DNA of 64,000 nt from Clostridia bacterium (GCA_029068165.1 JAIEDA010000011.1:58-64057), one strand, 5' to 3'. Positions 49,512-59,446 are shown, counted from the stretch's first letter. Notes: generated by a model from the letters alone, not told the origin. Program-made: numbers and translations.

Positions 49512-50432
49512 TTAATATACCTCCGTCAACCATTCTTTATATTTTGAGTATTCTCCTCTGACAATTTGTAAGTACAGTTTATGAATCGCTTCTGTTAGCG
49601 AATCGGATTTAGCGGGAATATCATACTTGTCCACAGACAATATAGGCGTTATCTCCATTGCTGAACCACACAGGAAAGCCTCGTCGCAAGTATATAATTC
49701 CGTACGATCAATACTTCTTTCAACAACCTTTATTTTGAGATCGTCTCTTGCTATCTTAATTACGGTATCTCTAGTAATGCTTTCAAGCACACTGTCTGTC
49801 AAAAGCGGTGTGTATAATACACCGTTTCTAACCATAAATAAGCATGAACCCGGACCTTCCGATACTGTGCCATTTTCGTTTATAAATATAGCGGTATCAT
49901 AACCATTTCTCAATGCCTCGAGTTGTGCCATACGGCTATTAATATAATTTGCGCCGCATTTTATTCTCGGCGAAAGACTGTTGTCAGATATGCGTCGCCA
50001 TGAACTTATGCAACAACGCAAACCTTTTTTATTATATTCGGCATTTGTTTTCTTTTTGGGTACGGGAGAGATAAACATATTCACAGGACTTGTCGAACTC
50101 CACGAGCCAAATCCATCTATGAATAAGGTCTGTCTTACCGCTATATCTTCGTGATACTTATTTGCAATTACGGTATCCAAAAAAGCTTTCTTGAGTTCAG
50201 CAAACGTGAATTTGTCGTCAATGCGCATAAGTTTTTGCGAACATTGTAATCGTCTTATGTGATCATCAAGACGAAAAGCATACAACTGATCTTTACTTTC
50301 ATTGTAATAACAACGAACTCCTTCAAAAACATTTAATCCAAATTGTGACGTAGGCGCAAGAACGTTAACCTTTGCGTCGTTGATATCTACTACTTTTCCG
50401 CTAAACCAAATAAATCTACTTTCAGTATTCAC
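49512..50432 (-). CDS. class IV (branched-chain / D-amino-acid type) aminotransferase
   Basis: BCAT-like layout with FIWFSGKVVDINDAKV near the N-terminus and a TRDTVIKIA region. The likely GTG start at 50432 is preceded by GAGGA. The track ATG at 50489 would overlap the upstream gene by 68 nt. Confidence 0.7.
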   Translation of the reverse strand: MNTESRFIWFSGKVVDINDAKVNVLAPTSQFGLNVFEGVRCYYNESKDQLYAFRLDDHIRRLQCSQKLMRIDDKFTFAELKKAFLDTVIANKYHEDIAVRQTLFIDGFGSWSSTSPVNMFISPVPKKKTNAEYNKKGLRCCISSWRRISDNSLSPRIKCGANYINSRMAQLEALRNGYDTAIFINENGTVSEGPGSCLFMVRNGVLYTPLLTDSVLESITRDTVIKIARDDLKIKVVERSIDRTELYTCDEAFLCGSAMEITPILSVDKYDIPAKSDSLTEAIHKLYLQIVRGEYSKYKEWLTEVY

Positions 50433-51246
50433 TTTTTTCCTCACTATCCAAGTTATTTTTATCGTCTTCTTCAATCTCGACAGCATCAATTAAATCCGCG
50501 CTTTCGTCAGTGGTTTGCTTGTCATTCAAATTTTGTTCTACACTTTCATTTGATTCGTCATCAGGAAGATGTGCAAGCCTAATAATTTCCTCTTCAGCTA
50601 GTTTAGCAGATTCCTCATCGGAAAGCGAACTGTCCAATTTTTCCTCACATATATTCTTTTTCCCAAATACTTTACCTATAGTCCCCAAAAGTATTTTCAC
50701 ATCGATCAATATCCCTTTTTTTATAAATAAATCAATGTATTCGTTGTCGTACTCAACCTTTTCTTCCCATGAATTTTCATTACGCCCTTTTATTTGTGCC
50801 AAACCTGTAATTCCAGCGCGAACTTCAAAACGTTTTTTGTATTTCTTGTTCAAAGTATCAAAATCGCCGAGTTCATATTCTACGCATGGACGCGGACCGA
50901 CTATAGACAAATCACCTTTTATTACGTTAAACAACTGCGGCAACTCATCCAAACTTGTTGTTCTCAAAAATTTCCCAACTTTTGTAACACGCGGATCGCC
51001 TGCATAATTGAATATTCCGACCTGCTGCTTCTCCGCATCTATTACCATCGAACGGAATTTATACATTGTAAAAATACGTCCGTTTTTAGTCCTGCGTCGT
51101 TGCTTAAATAACACTGGTCCCTTGGAATCACATTTGATTGCTATAGCTACTATTATCCAAATCGGCAACAGTAGTATTACAAGCAACATAGATGCAATTA
51201 CATCAAATGCTCTTTTGAGAAATTTGTTTATTACAACCATTTTCAA
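50422..51246 (-). CDS. priming phosphoglycosyl transferase (bacterial sugar transferase family, small monotopic type) with an acidic C-terminal tail
   Basis: It has KRAFDVIASMLLVILLLPIWIIVAIAIKCDSKGPVLFKQRRRTKNGRIFTMYKFRSM and SIVGPRP. Confidence 0.9.
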   Translation of the reverse strand: MKMVVINKFLKRAFDVIASMLLVILLLPIWIIVAIAIKCDSKGPVLFKQRRRTKNGRIFTMYKFRSMVIDAEKQQVGIFNYAGDPRVTKVGKFLRTTSLDELPQLFNVIKGDLSIVGPRPCVEYELGDFDTLNKKYKKRFEVRAGITGLAQIKGRNENSWEEKVEYDNEYIDLFIKKGILIDVKILLGTIGKVFGKKNICEEKLDSSLSDEESAKLAEEEIIRLAHLPDDESNESVEQNLNDKQTTDESADLIDAVEIEEDDKNNLDSEEKSEY

Positions 51247-52487
51247 CTCCTTTCAAAACTAAATGTGTGAAATAAATCGTCAAAATTCTCTGCACGCTTA
51301 ATAACCTTACTTTCTCCGTCGTCAATCTCTAATATTGGGAAATTGGGAAGTATGAAAGGTGGCTTGAGAACAACTGAGTATGAACCCACATTGCCAAATA
51401 ACACTATATCCCCAACTGCCAATTCTCCGCTGTAACCACGGAACAAATAATCGGATTCTATGCAAGTAAATCCTCCAAAATCCAAGTTTTCGTATTTCTT
51501 ACGCTCACCTTGACCAATAGGCAAAACTTGAATTGGCGGGTTTTTCTTATTAAGCGTAGGGTTGATATTGTAAATGCTTCCCAAAAGCGTCGCTGTGGCT
51601 TTTTTGTTTACCGTTTTAATACCAACTACTCGAGAAGCAAAACGCATACAATCGCCGACAAGCGCAGAACCTGGTTCTATTAAAAGCGTTGGACGCTTTT
51701 TCTCTTTTCCATAACGTTCTTGGAATAGAGGCGCTATTTCGTTAGCATATTCGCTGTAAGTCGGTATTTTGGTATTGAATTGAACTTTGAGAGAATCGTG
51801 CATTTTGCCAAACAAACCTCCACCGAGATCTATGTAGTCGGGACACAAATGATATTTATCAAGAAGTTCAATCATCTTTTTTGCTCGGGGGCGCCACGTT
51901 TCAAGCGAACGTGTTGCGAAATGGCATTGCAACCCATTTAAAACTACGTTATCTTTCTCGTTTACCAATGCAAGCGCATCAGCAAAATCTTTTGACTCAG
52001 TATCAAATCCGAATCTAGAGATAACTCCGTCTCCGATATCAAAATTACATCGAATTCCAACTCTCAACTTGTTGTCAGGATATTTGTCTGAGATTTTTTT
52101 TATATACTCTGTATCGACCGCATTGTCTAAATTTACAACCCCGCCCTTCAAAAGCAATTCTTCAACTTTTTTGCAATCTTTATATGGCCCGTTCCAAATT
52201 ATATTAGATGGCAACACTCCTACTCTAAGCGCGATTTCCATCTCCATATCCGAAACTACTTCTGCAAATCCGCCTAGTTCATTTACGATTCGGCATAGTT
52301 TGGGAGTATAATTCGTTTTGTAAGAATATGCTATATTAAAATCCGGATAAATTGATGAAAACGCCGTCTTCAATTCGGAGAAATTATCTTCAAACTGTTT
52401 TGAATCCAAAATATAAAAAGCGTCTCCATATTTATGCATTAACTCATCAATTTTTTTACTATTTATCATTTCTTTTTTTTGTGACAT
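51243..52487 (-). CDS. PLP-dependent decarboxylase (Orn/DAP/Arg decarboxylase fold-III family)
   Basis: It has YGDAFYILD and NIAYSYKTNY (lysine-PLP region). The C-terminal beta-barrel region is GDIVLFGNVGSY. I prefer the ATG at 52487, preceded by AAGGTGG. Confidence 0.75.
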   Translation of the reverse strand: MSQKKEMINSKKIDELMHKYGDAFYILDSKQFEDNFSELKTAFSSIYPDFNIAYSYKTNYTPKLCRIVNELGGFAEVVSDMEMEIALRVGVLPSNIIWNGPYKDCKKVEELLLKGGVVNLDNAVDTEYIKKISDKYPDNKLRVGIRCNFDIGDGVISRFGFDTESKDFADALALVNEKDNVVLNGLQCHFATRSLETWRPRAKKMIELLDKYHLCPDYIDLGGGLFGKMHDSLKVQFNTKIPTYSEYANEIAPLFQERYGKEKKRPTLLIEPGSALVGDCMRFASRVVGIKTVNKKATATLLGSIYNINPTLNKKNPPIQVLPIGQGERKKYENLDFGGFTCIESDYLFRGYSGELAVGDIVLFGNVGSYSVVLKPPFILPNFPILEIDDGESKVIKRAENFDDLFHTFSFERS

Positions 52488-53298
52488 TGTCAACCACCTT
52501 TTGAACGCATACTTTAATATCTTCAGCATTTTTTTCAAGCGTCACAGTATTTGCGTTACGAGCATATTGTTCAACCTCTCTTAATTCTTTGAGATTATTT
52601 TTAAAAATTTGCTCCACTTCTAATACGTTTTTCGTAATACTAGTGTCGCAAAAACTTCTAGATAAGATCACTCGTGTAGACCCCAATCTATAATGCTCAA
52701 ACAGGATTTTCTCTGCCGGCAACATTCCCTGACCAATTTTAGCAATACCGCCAAACCCATAAGGTATTCCTGCTTTATTCAATTTATTGCAAATTTTTTC
52801 AACCGTCCCATTTGCAAGAAGTTCAAACATAAATTTGAGTCCGTAACTCAAGTGCAAATCGTTTAAGCCAATATGAATCTCATCAGGACAGCAACAAGTC
52901 AAAATAGAATCAAGACATTGCTCAGCTTCTTTAGTTTCTAATAAAAGTACGGTCTTCACCCTGTTGTTTACCGTTTGAACAAACGCTTGAACTTCTTCAA
53001 GCGTCTTCCACATTGGCAACATAATTATATCTGCGCCTGCTGCAATAACGCTTTCGATTTCATTTTTCGAATCTTTATTCCAACAATTTATTCTCACTAG
53101 TAATTCAGACGTAGTCAAGATAGATTTAATTTCTTTCACATCTTGAAGAGTATGATGTGATTTTACTGTATTAAGACCATGTTGTCTTTCTTCTTTTCCC
53201 AGCGTCTCCAAATCTACCCAAATACGATCCACCCCGTACTTTTCTGCAATTAAAGCCACATCTTTATCGTTGGTTATGTACATTAATTTTAAATTCAT
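52459..53298 (-). CDS. HpcH/HpaI-like aldolase / citrate-lyase-beta-like TIM-barrel protein
   Basis: The motif pattern is VDLE, VRIN, GADIIMLPMWKTLEEV, LLLETKEA and IGLNDL. This is motif-level recognition only. The start is either ATG 53298 or TTG 53358. Confidence 0.55.
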   Translation of the reverse strand: MNLKLMYITNDKDVALIAEKYGVDRIWVDLETLGKEERQHGLNTVKSHHTLQDVKEIKSILTTSELLVRINCWNKDSKNEIESVIAAGADIIMLPMWKTLEEVQAFVQTVNNRVKTVLLLETKEAEQCLDSILTCCCPDEIHIGLNDLHLSYGLKFMFELLANGTVEKICNKLNKAGIPYGFGGIAKIGQGMLPAEKILFEHYRLGSTRVILSRSFCDTSITKNVLEVEQIFKNNLKELREVEQYARNANTVTLEKNAEDIKVCVQKVVDNVTKKRNDK

Positions 53299-53403
53299 AG
53301 TACAATAATTCCTCGTTATCAATTCACGACAATTAGATTCACAAAATACTTTATTCAACCATCGCCAACAACTGCAAAATAGTTCAATCTTTTGTATTTT
53401 TAT

Positions 53404-53432
53404 AGTATATCATAATATAAATATAAAAGCAA
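53404..53432 (-). promoter_or_regulatory. candidate promoter of the polysaccharide locus
   Basis: The minus strand reads TTGCTT (53427-53432), a 17-nt spacer, then TGaTATACT (-10 at 53404-53409). Confidence 0.4.
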
Positions 53433-53489
53433 GTACTTTATCCAAGCACATTTATTTATATAAATGCCGCAATGTCCGCCAAGTACTTG

Positions 53490-55070
53490 TTATTTATTTG
53501 ATTTTTTCTTAATTTGTAAATACTCATAATCCGGATTATCTCGCCACAATTTCCACTTGAGGGCGTAGGTCAACGCGCTTAGCGGATAAGCTTTTCCGCG
53601 GTAAATTTTTTGCGGGCAAATATTGCAGCCGATAGAGGCAAAATATTCTCGCATATTCTCAAGTCGGTTTTCAAAATCTTTATAGTTTCGCTCGCCGCGG
53701 TCTTTCCAACACGCTTCGGCAAAAGCTACGAGCCGAGCGCAAGTGAGCATATCGAGTTTAGCTTCATTGCGTATATACTCCGTCCACTGCGGAATCTCCA
53801 TCCCCAAAATATTTTTCTCGTCATTTACGCCCAAAGTCTTAGCCGAAAAACTATAAGTTTTTTTGAGCGGTCTAACGTTGTACGGATGGTCCATATAGAC
53901 ATAATTTTCCCTAGACAAAATACAGCTGCCGCCCTTTGCCAACCAATCGAAAGCGTTGCGCTTCGCCTGTCCGTGTTTTAACCACCACTGCGCGACAACG
54001 TCGGTTTGCATTATATCTCTTGCGTCGAGTATTTCATTCCACCCTATCATTCGTTTGCCTTTGCTACGCAAGTATTTAGCTATTTCGTTGTTGAAATAAC
54101 CTTGCAAAGCGTTCTCGTCCTTAAGTCCCAATTCTTTGATCTTAGCTTGACAACGCGGGCAATTTTTCCAACGCGATTTAGGCACTTCGTCGCCGCCTAT
54201 ATGGAAAAACTTGCCAGTAAATATTTCGCTCAATTCGTCGATTACGTCGCGAGCGAAATTATAAACGTCCTCTTTTCCGCAACAGCAAATATTCTCGCTG
54301 ACTCCCCACTTCGCCCTAACTTCGACTTCTTCTTCCAAGCAAGACAACTTGGGATAGCAGGATATTGCCGCCACCATATGCCCCGGCATATCTATTTCGG
54401 GCACTACCTCAATATGCCGCTCTTTAGCGTAAGCTACGACGTCTTTCATATCATTTTGAGTATAGAATAAACCTCGACCGTACTCGTTCTCGTCAAAACC
54501 CCAATCTCCGGCACCCTCGTTTGCTTTTGGCGATAGCGCCGTACGTCTTCTAGCGGTAGCCTTTTGCGTAAGCAACGGATATTTCTTTATCTCCGCTCTC
54601 CAGCCTTGATCGTCCGTCAAATGCCAATGGAATACGTTCATCTTTAGGTCAGCCAAAACGTCCAAAAAACTCTTGATTTTTTCCACGCTCCAAAAGTGTC
54701 TTGCGCAGTCCAACATAAAACCCCTGTAACCATACTTAGGTTCGTCCTTGACGTAAACACGGTTAAGGATATTTTTACCGCCCAAAGACTGTTTTACCGT
54801 CACAAACGCGTAAAAAGCTCCTACTTCCGTAGCCGCTTTTATCAAAACCGTATTGCTATTGCAATCAATTTCGTACCCTTCTTTGGACAAAGTTTCGTCT
54901 TTAACAAGCTCTATTCGCGTATTTTCTCCTTCCGTAAAATCTTGAAGGAGTCGCGCTATAAACTCCTTTGCTTGAGGAAATTCTCCTTCTACTACGGTTT
55001 TCCCTCCCAAAACTAAGCTTCCCTCTTTAGGCGCGAGCGCATTGGGCAACGGTATCAAATTCATAATCAA
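53490..55070 (-). CDS. GH20 beta-N-acetylhexosaminidase (paralog of 25978-27552)
   Basis: It has HWHLTDDQGWRAEIKKYPLLT and FHIGGDEV. 526 aa. Confidence 0.9.
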   Translation of the reverse strand: MIMNLIPLPNALAPKEGSLVLGGKTVVEGEFPQAKEFIARLLQDFTEGENTRIELVKDETLSKEGYEIDCNSNTVLIKAATEVGAFYAFVTVKQSLGGKNILNRVYVKDEPKYGYRGFMLDCARHFWSVEKIKSFLDVLADLKMNVFHWHLTDDQGWRAEIKKYPLLTQKATARRRTALSPKANEGAGDWGFDENEYGRGLFYTQNDMKDVVAYAKERHIEVVPEIDMPGHMVAAISCYPKLSCLEEEVEVRAKWGVSENICCCGKEDVYNFARDVIDELSEIFTGKFFHIGGDEVPKSRWKNCPRCQAKIKELGLKDENALQGYFNNEIAKYLRSKGKRMIGWNEILDARDIMQTDVVAQWWLKHGQAKRNAFDWLAKGGSCILSRENYVYMDHPYNVRPLKKTYSFSAKTLGVNDEKNILGMEIPQWTEYIRNEAKLDMLTCARLVAFAEACWKDRGERNYKDFENRLENMREYFASIGCNICPQKIYRGKAYPLSALTYALKWKLWRDNPDYEYLQIKKKSNK

Positions 55071-55304
55071 GTATCTCCTTGTAGTTTGCTATGCTATTTT
55101 ATTATAACATTAAAAGAACTTCCTTTCAAGACCGTTTGGCGGTATTTTGAGCTGTATTTTAAAACGTTAATACGATTTTGCTTATTACGACAAAATTTTT
55201 AAGACTTGACTTACACTCCTTATTTTACGAGCGTTGTTTTTTTATTGATTTAGTGCTATAATAAATATATAAAATTTTCCATAGAAAAAAGGAGAAAAAG
55301 ATAT

Positions 55305-55619
55305 ATGGCAGTATTACAATTAACCAAAGACAACTTTGACGAAGAGGTTTTGGGCAGCGAACAAATCGTGCTTATAGACTTTTGGGCTTCTTGGTGCGCT
55401 CCGTGCAAGATGCTATCCCCGACGATAGAAATCATCGCCGAGGACTATCCGCAAGTCAAGGTATGCAAAGTCAACGTTGACCAAGAGCCCGAACTTGCAG
55501 GCGCGTTCAACGTCTCGAGTATTCCTATGCTCGTCGTAATAAAAGATAAAAAGATAGTCGACACAAGCGCAGGCGTAGTCCCCAAAGAAAAAATCGTAGA
55601 GATGTTGGATAAAAACTAG
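55305..55619 (+). CDS. trxA: thioredoxin
   Basis: 104 aa. The active site is WASWCAPCKM. Confidence 0.9.
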   Translation: MAVLQLTKDNFDEEVLGSEQIVLIDFWASWCAPCKMLSPTIEIIAEDYPQVKVCKVNVDQEPELAGAFNVSSIPMLVVIKDKKIVDTSAGVVPKEKIVEMLDKN

Positions 55620-55670
55620 GTATAAACTTGCTCGAACCGTCAATACTTCCTTCACGGAGGTATTAAGAAT

Positions 55671-56255
55671 ATGAAATTAAAAGACAGTCAAACTTTCAAA
55701 AACTTGGCGCGCGCGTTTGCCGGCGAATGTCAAGCTCGTACTAGATACGAATTTATTGAATACGGCGCAAGAAAACAAGGCTACAAGGCTTTGGCGGATA
55801 TTATCGACAAGATTGCTTATCAGGAATTTACGCACGCAAGAATGATTTACAGCTTCATTCAGTCCGCCGATACTAAGACGATAGACAATATCGAAATATG
55901 CACGGGTTATCCTTTTAGACAAAAGTGGGATCTTATGGATAATCTCAAATTCGCGTCCGAGGACGAAGGCGTAGAAGCGGAAGAACTCTACCCTGAGTTT
56001 GCTAAAGTTGCGGAAGAAGAAGGCTTCCACGATATTGCCGCGCTGTTTAGAAATCTTATCAAGATAGAAGAAACGCACCAAAACGAATTTAAACGTCTTT
56101 ACAATCAGTTTAAGGCGGGCAAACTCTATAAGACGGATACCGAAGTGGTTTGGAAGTGTCCTGAGTGCGGATATGAATCGACGTCCAAAGAAGCTTTTGA
56201 AATTTGTCCCGTATGCCAAGCTAAGCAAGGCGCGGTTACTTTGAAAGAAGCGTAA
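55671..56255 (+). CDS. rbr: rubrerythrin
   Basis: It has a ferritin-like diiron domain (ExxH motifs) and a C-terminal rubredoxin-like WKCPECG...CPVCQA. Confidence 0.9.
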   Translation: MKLKDSQTFKNLARAFAGECQARTRYEFIEYGARKQGYKALADIIDKIAYQEFTHARMIYSFIQSADTKTIDNIEICTGYPFRQKWDLMDNLKFASEDEGVEAEELYPEFAKVAEEEGFHDIAALFRNLIKIEETHQNEFKRLYNQFKAGKLYKTDTEVVWKCPECGYESTSKEAFEICPVCQAKQGAVTLKEA

Positions 56256-56274
56256 AATTATTGCTTAAAAATAT

Positions 56275-56304
56275 GGGTTGCCCGTTTGGACAACCCAATT
56301 TTTT
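56275..56304. terminator. terminator between convergent rbr and the lipoprotein gene
   Basis: Stem GGGTTG / CAACCC followed by AATTTTTT. An A-rich run lies upstream. Confidence 0.55.
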
Positions 56305-56324
56305 GACGTCTTTATTCAGTCGGT

Positions 56325-57185
56325 TTATTCAGCTTTTGCTTGCTCTTTCAATTTCTCTTGCAATTTTTCAAGCGAAGCTTGATACTGCTCGCGAGTTACC
56401 GGATGATCGGTCTTATCCTCGTACGCTCTCATAGCGTCCAAATCTACCGCGTCGAATAGAGGCTTAACCTCACTATCGCATTTAGCGATTGCGCTCTCGT
56501 CGTCAACAACGTAGCCCTTAGAACCGTCGCTGTAAATTGCGCCGCCCTCGTAAGGTACATAGAACACGAATCTTCCGTCGGTATCCGTGTAGACATAGTA
56601 CATATTTTCCAACTTGCCGTCAATATTAACAATCGTAAGCATAGTGATAGAGAAAGTACTGTCATTGATAAACTCTATATCAAAAACGTAGAAACATTCG
56701 TCATTTCCGCCGCCGTACATATACGCGATTTTGTGATTGCCTTTAGACTCGATCGTAACGTACGCTGCTTGCGTAGTAAAACCGGCTTCACTCTCGTAAG
56801 AAGGCATATACATAGTAATGTCATAGAGTTTTTCCGAGCCGTAGATTTCTCCAAAACTGTCGATGTAAGCGTAAATGCTTAAAAGACCGTCTATCGCCAT
56901 TGATTCGTAATTATCCTGATCGTCGATTTCTTCTTTGTCGCTCGCTCCTTGCAAAGCCTCGAATACTCCTTGCGGATAGGTTACGGCTTTCGCCGCGCTC
57001 ATCAACGAAAGTCCTACGCTGTCTGCTTCGGCATTGTATTTATTATAATAAGTCGTTACGACTTTTTCGAGTATATCTTTATACTCTTGCACTTCGTTAG
57101 TAACGCCGCCGCAAGCTACCATAGAGAAAATCAATACGATACAAAGCGCTACTGCTACTGCTAAAACACAACTTTTCTTTTTCAT
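56325..57185 (-). CDS. lipoprotein of unknown function (paralog 1)
   Basis: Lipobox ...LIFSMVAC. It shares NEVQEYK, KIAY(M/L)YG, FDIE(F/Y)IND and FDAVDLDA(M/V)RAY with 57491-58339. Confidence 0.7.
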   Translation of the reverse strand: MKKKSCVLAVAVALCIVLIFSMVACGGVTNEVQEYKDILEKVVTTYYNKYNAEADSVGLSLMSAAKAVTYPQGVFEALQGASDKEEIDDQDNYESMAIDGLLSIYAYIDSFGEIYGSEKLYDITMYMPSYESEAGFTTQAAYVTIESKGNHKIAYMYGGGNDECFYVFDIEFINDSTFSITMLTIVNIDGKLENMYYVYTDTDGRFVFYVPYEGGAIYSDGSKGYVVDDESAIAKCDSEVKPLFDAVDLDAMRAYEDKTDHPVTREQYQASLEKLQEKLKEQAKAE

Positions 57186-57490
57186 AAATATCTCCTTTAT
57201 CGGCGCAAGCCGATTGTTTATTTTTTACTCGCAATATAAAGAATTACGAACGCTTTCCTATCCTTAACAACCAAGACCGTTAGGCTGCGACCTATACGAT
57301 TTTTCACGCTATTTCGACAGGTCGGGAAAAGTATACTTTTCCTGACTGGATCTCTTGAAAACACACGGCAATCATTATAATAAAAGTGTAGTTTTCGAGT
57401 TTTTTCGACGCTTTTCGTCGGTCAAAAATCGTATACTTTTTTTGGAAGAATTGTAAATTCTTGCTTAAAAATAATCTTCCTTATTAGCGT

Positions 57491-58339
57491 TTATTCTTCA
57501 AACAACTTCGCCACTACCTCGCGAGCGGCATTAAACTGTTCCTCAGTAATGTGATAATCTTTGTTATCGTACGCCCTTACCGCGTCCAAGTCTACGGCAT
57601 CGAATTTAGGTTGGAGCAAAGAAAAACAATTCTCAAGCGCGCTTTCGTCCACGACCTTAAAACAGTCGTCGAGATTTGAGCTTTCGCTGAAGTAGGCGGA
57701 GTTTTTGTCTATACACGCGAATTTGTCGTTGGAATCGAAATAAAGATAGCTGTTTTCAAAACCGCCGTCCGCTTCCTCAATTAAAAGTATCGTTACTGAG
57801 AAATTATTGTCGTTAATATACTCTATGTCAAAAATGTGAAAAGATTCGGCGGCGCCACCTTCTTTACTGCCGTAGAGATATGCGATTTTACGGTTGCCTT
57901 TGGACACAACTGTAAAATACCCTTCTTGCGTCACGCCGAGTTCCGAGTACGGAAACTCCGATAAAAATATCGTATGTCCGTATAATTTTTTCACCCCGTA
58001 CACTTCTTCCAAACTCTCGCAATACGACAGCATATCCATTAGATACCAAATAGGGAGTCCCCATCTTTTAAAATCAGAGCTATTCTTTTCGCCTACGCCG
58101 TTCAAAACGTCAAAAAGTTCGTTAGGCGATTCTATTCTCAGCTCCGCCGACAATAAAGATAGATTCGCGCCGCTTTCCGTTTGTTCAGGCATGTTGTCTA
58201 AATACGATTTCACAATGCTCGTGAGTATTTGCTTGTACTCTTGCACTTCGTTAACTTTGCCATCGCAAGCCGCCGCGGAGAAAATCAAAACTATGCACAG
58301 CATTATGGCTGTAACAACAAACAAACTCTTCTTTCTCAT
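57491..58339 (-). CDS. lipoprotein of unknown function (paralog 2)
   Basis: Lipobox ...LIFSAAAC. It is colinear with 56325-57185. Confidence 0.7.
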   Translation of the reverse strand: MRKKSLFVVTAIMLCIVLIFSAAACDGKVNEVQEYKQILTSIVKSYLDNMPEQTESGANLSLLSAELRIESPNELFDVLNGVGEKNSSDFKRWGLPIWYLMDMLSYCESLEEVYGVKKLYGHTIFLSEFPYSELGVTQEGYFTVVSKGNRKIAYLYGSKEGGAAESFHIFDIEYINDNNFSVTILLIEEADGGFENSYLYFDSNDKFACIDKNSAYFSESSNLDDCFKVVDESALENCFSLLQPKFDAVDLDAVRAYDNKDYHITEEQFNAAREVVAKLFEE

Positions 58340-58501
58340 ATCTCATCCTCTAATACTCAAAAATTTTTAGTATTTTCTTTTCTTTATTATAAAATGAAAC
58401 GTAGATATAGTCAATACATCCTAAAGAAATAATTAAAATAGAATTAAAACTCGTTTAATGAATAACCGCCCCAACGGACGGTTAAGATGTTCATACATTA
58501 T

Positions 58502-59446
58502 CTAAATTAGCAGCGCCATAAGCGGCAGGGTCGCAATAGACGTCATCGTGCCAAGCAAAACGGTGTTTGCCGCGGTGTCCTGACCTTCGCCGAGTATCTC
58601 CGCGTAGTTTTGCACGACCGCCGCAACGGGACAAGCGCACATTATAAACATACAGCTTTTAAGTTCAGTATCTACTCTCAATAACGTTAAAAGCCCGAGC
58701 ACGACCAGCGGAAATACAATTTGATTTATCGCTATGGCAAAATACTGCATCCAATTCGTAAATAAGCTTTTGAACTTTATCGTCGCTAAGCGCATACCCA
58801 TAACAAGCATACAAAGCGCCGTCGTCATCTTGCCAAGAAGCTCTATCATATTGCCTATTTGCCCTAAAAGCTGACCGTTGGAAAAATCTATCTTGAAGCC
58901 CGTGAAAAAGAACGGCAATGAGATAGCTATCGAAATAGTAGCTGGATTTATCACTATCTTTTTTAAGCTTATGTATTTCTTATCGCGTGTAATGATCGTC
59001 GATACCAACGTCCACCCCAGCAAACTCATTGATAGAAAATACATCATTGAATAAACGGCTACGTTGGGAGAATCGGGAAAAATTGCCTCAAGCAGCGGCA
59101 CGCCTAAAAACGAGCAGTTGGAAAGCGTGGTCGCTATCGTTGTAATCCTATAACGCACGTCGCTCATCTTCTTGCGAAATATCAAATAAAATACGCCTAT
59201 AAACGCCAACTGTATTGCCGTGATTATTCCCAAGAATATCAAAAGATTGACTCCTAATTCCTTAGAAAAATCAGCTTTATTAAACGAGTATAGCGTAAGC
59301 GCGGGCTGACATACGAACAGCAACACTTTGGAAAAAGCCGAAATACTGTCCGACTTTACGAACTTTACTTTTATTAATATATATCCCGGCACGGCGTACG
59401 CCAACATTATGCCGACCATTATAAGCGTAGTCTTAAATTCCTGCAT
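58502..59446 (-). CDS. AEC (auxin efflux carrier) family permease
   Basis: 314 aa with about 10 TM segments in the two-half layout typical of the AEC family. Confidence 0.75.
   Translation of the reverse strand: MQEFKTTLIMVGIMLAYAVPGYILIKVKFVKSDSISAFSKVLLFVCQPALTLYSFNKADFSKELGVNLLIFLGIITAIQLAFIGVFYLIFRKKMSDVRYRITTIATTLSNCSFLGVPLLEAIFPDSPNVAVYSMMYFLSMSLLGWTLVSTIITRDKKYISLKKIVINPATISIAISLPFFFTGFKIDFSNGQLLGQIGNMIELLGKMTTALCMLVMGMRLATIKFKSLFTNWMQYFAIAINQIVFPLVVLGLLTLLRVDTELKSCMFIMCACPVAAVVQNYAEILGEGQDTAANTVLLGTMTSIATLPLMALLI

Noticed and set aside
52473-52480. A8/T8 homopolymer in the overlap between the aldolase-like and decarboxylase genes, considered as a possible slipped-strand phase-variation switch
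   Set aside because: The tract is short for phase variation and unremarkable in AT-rich DNA. Length variation cannot be tested from a single sequence.
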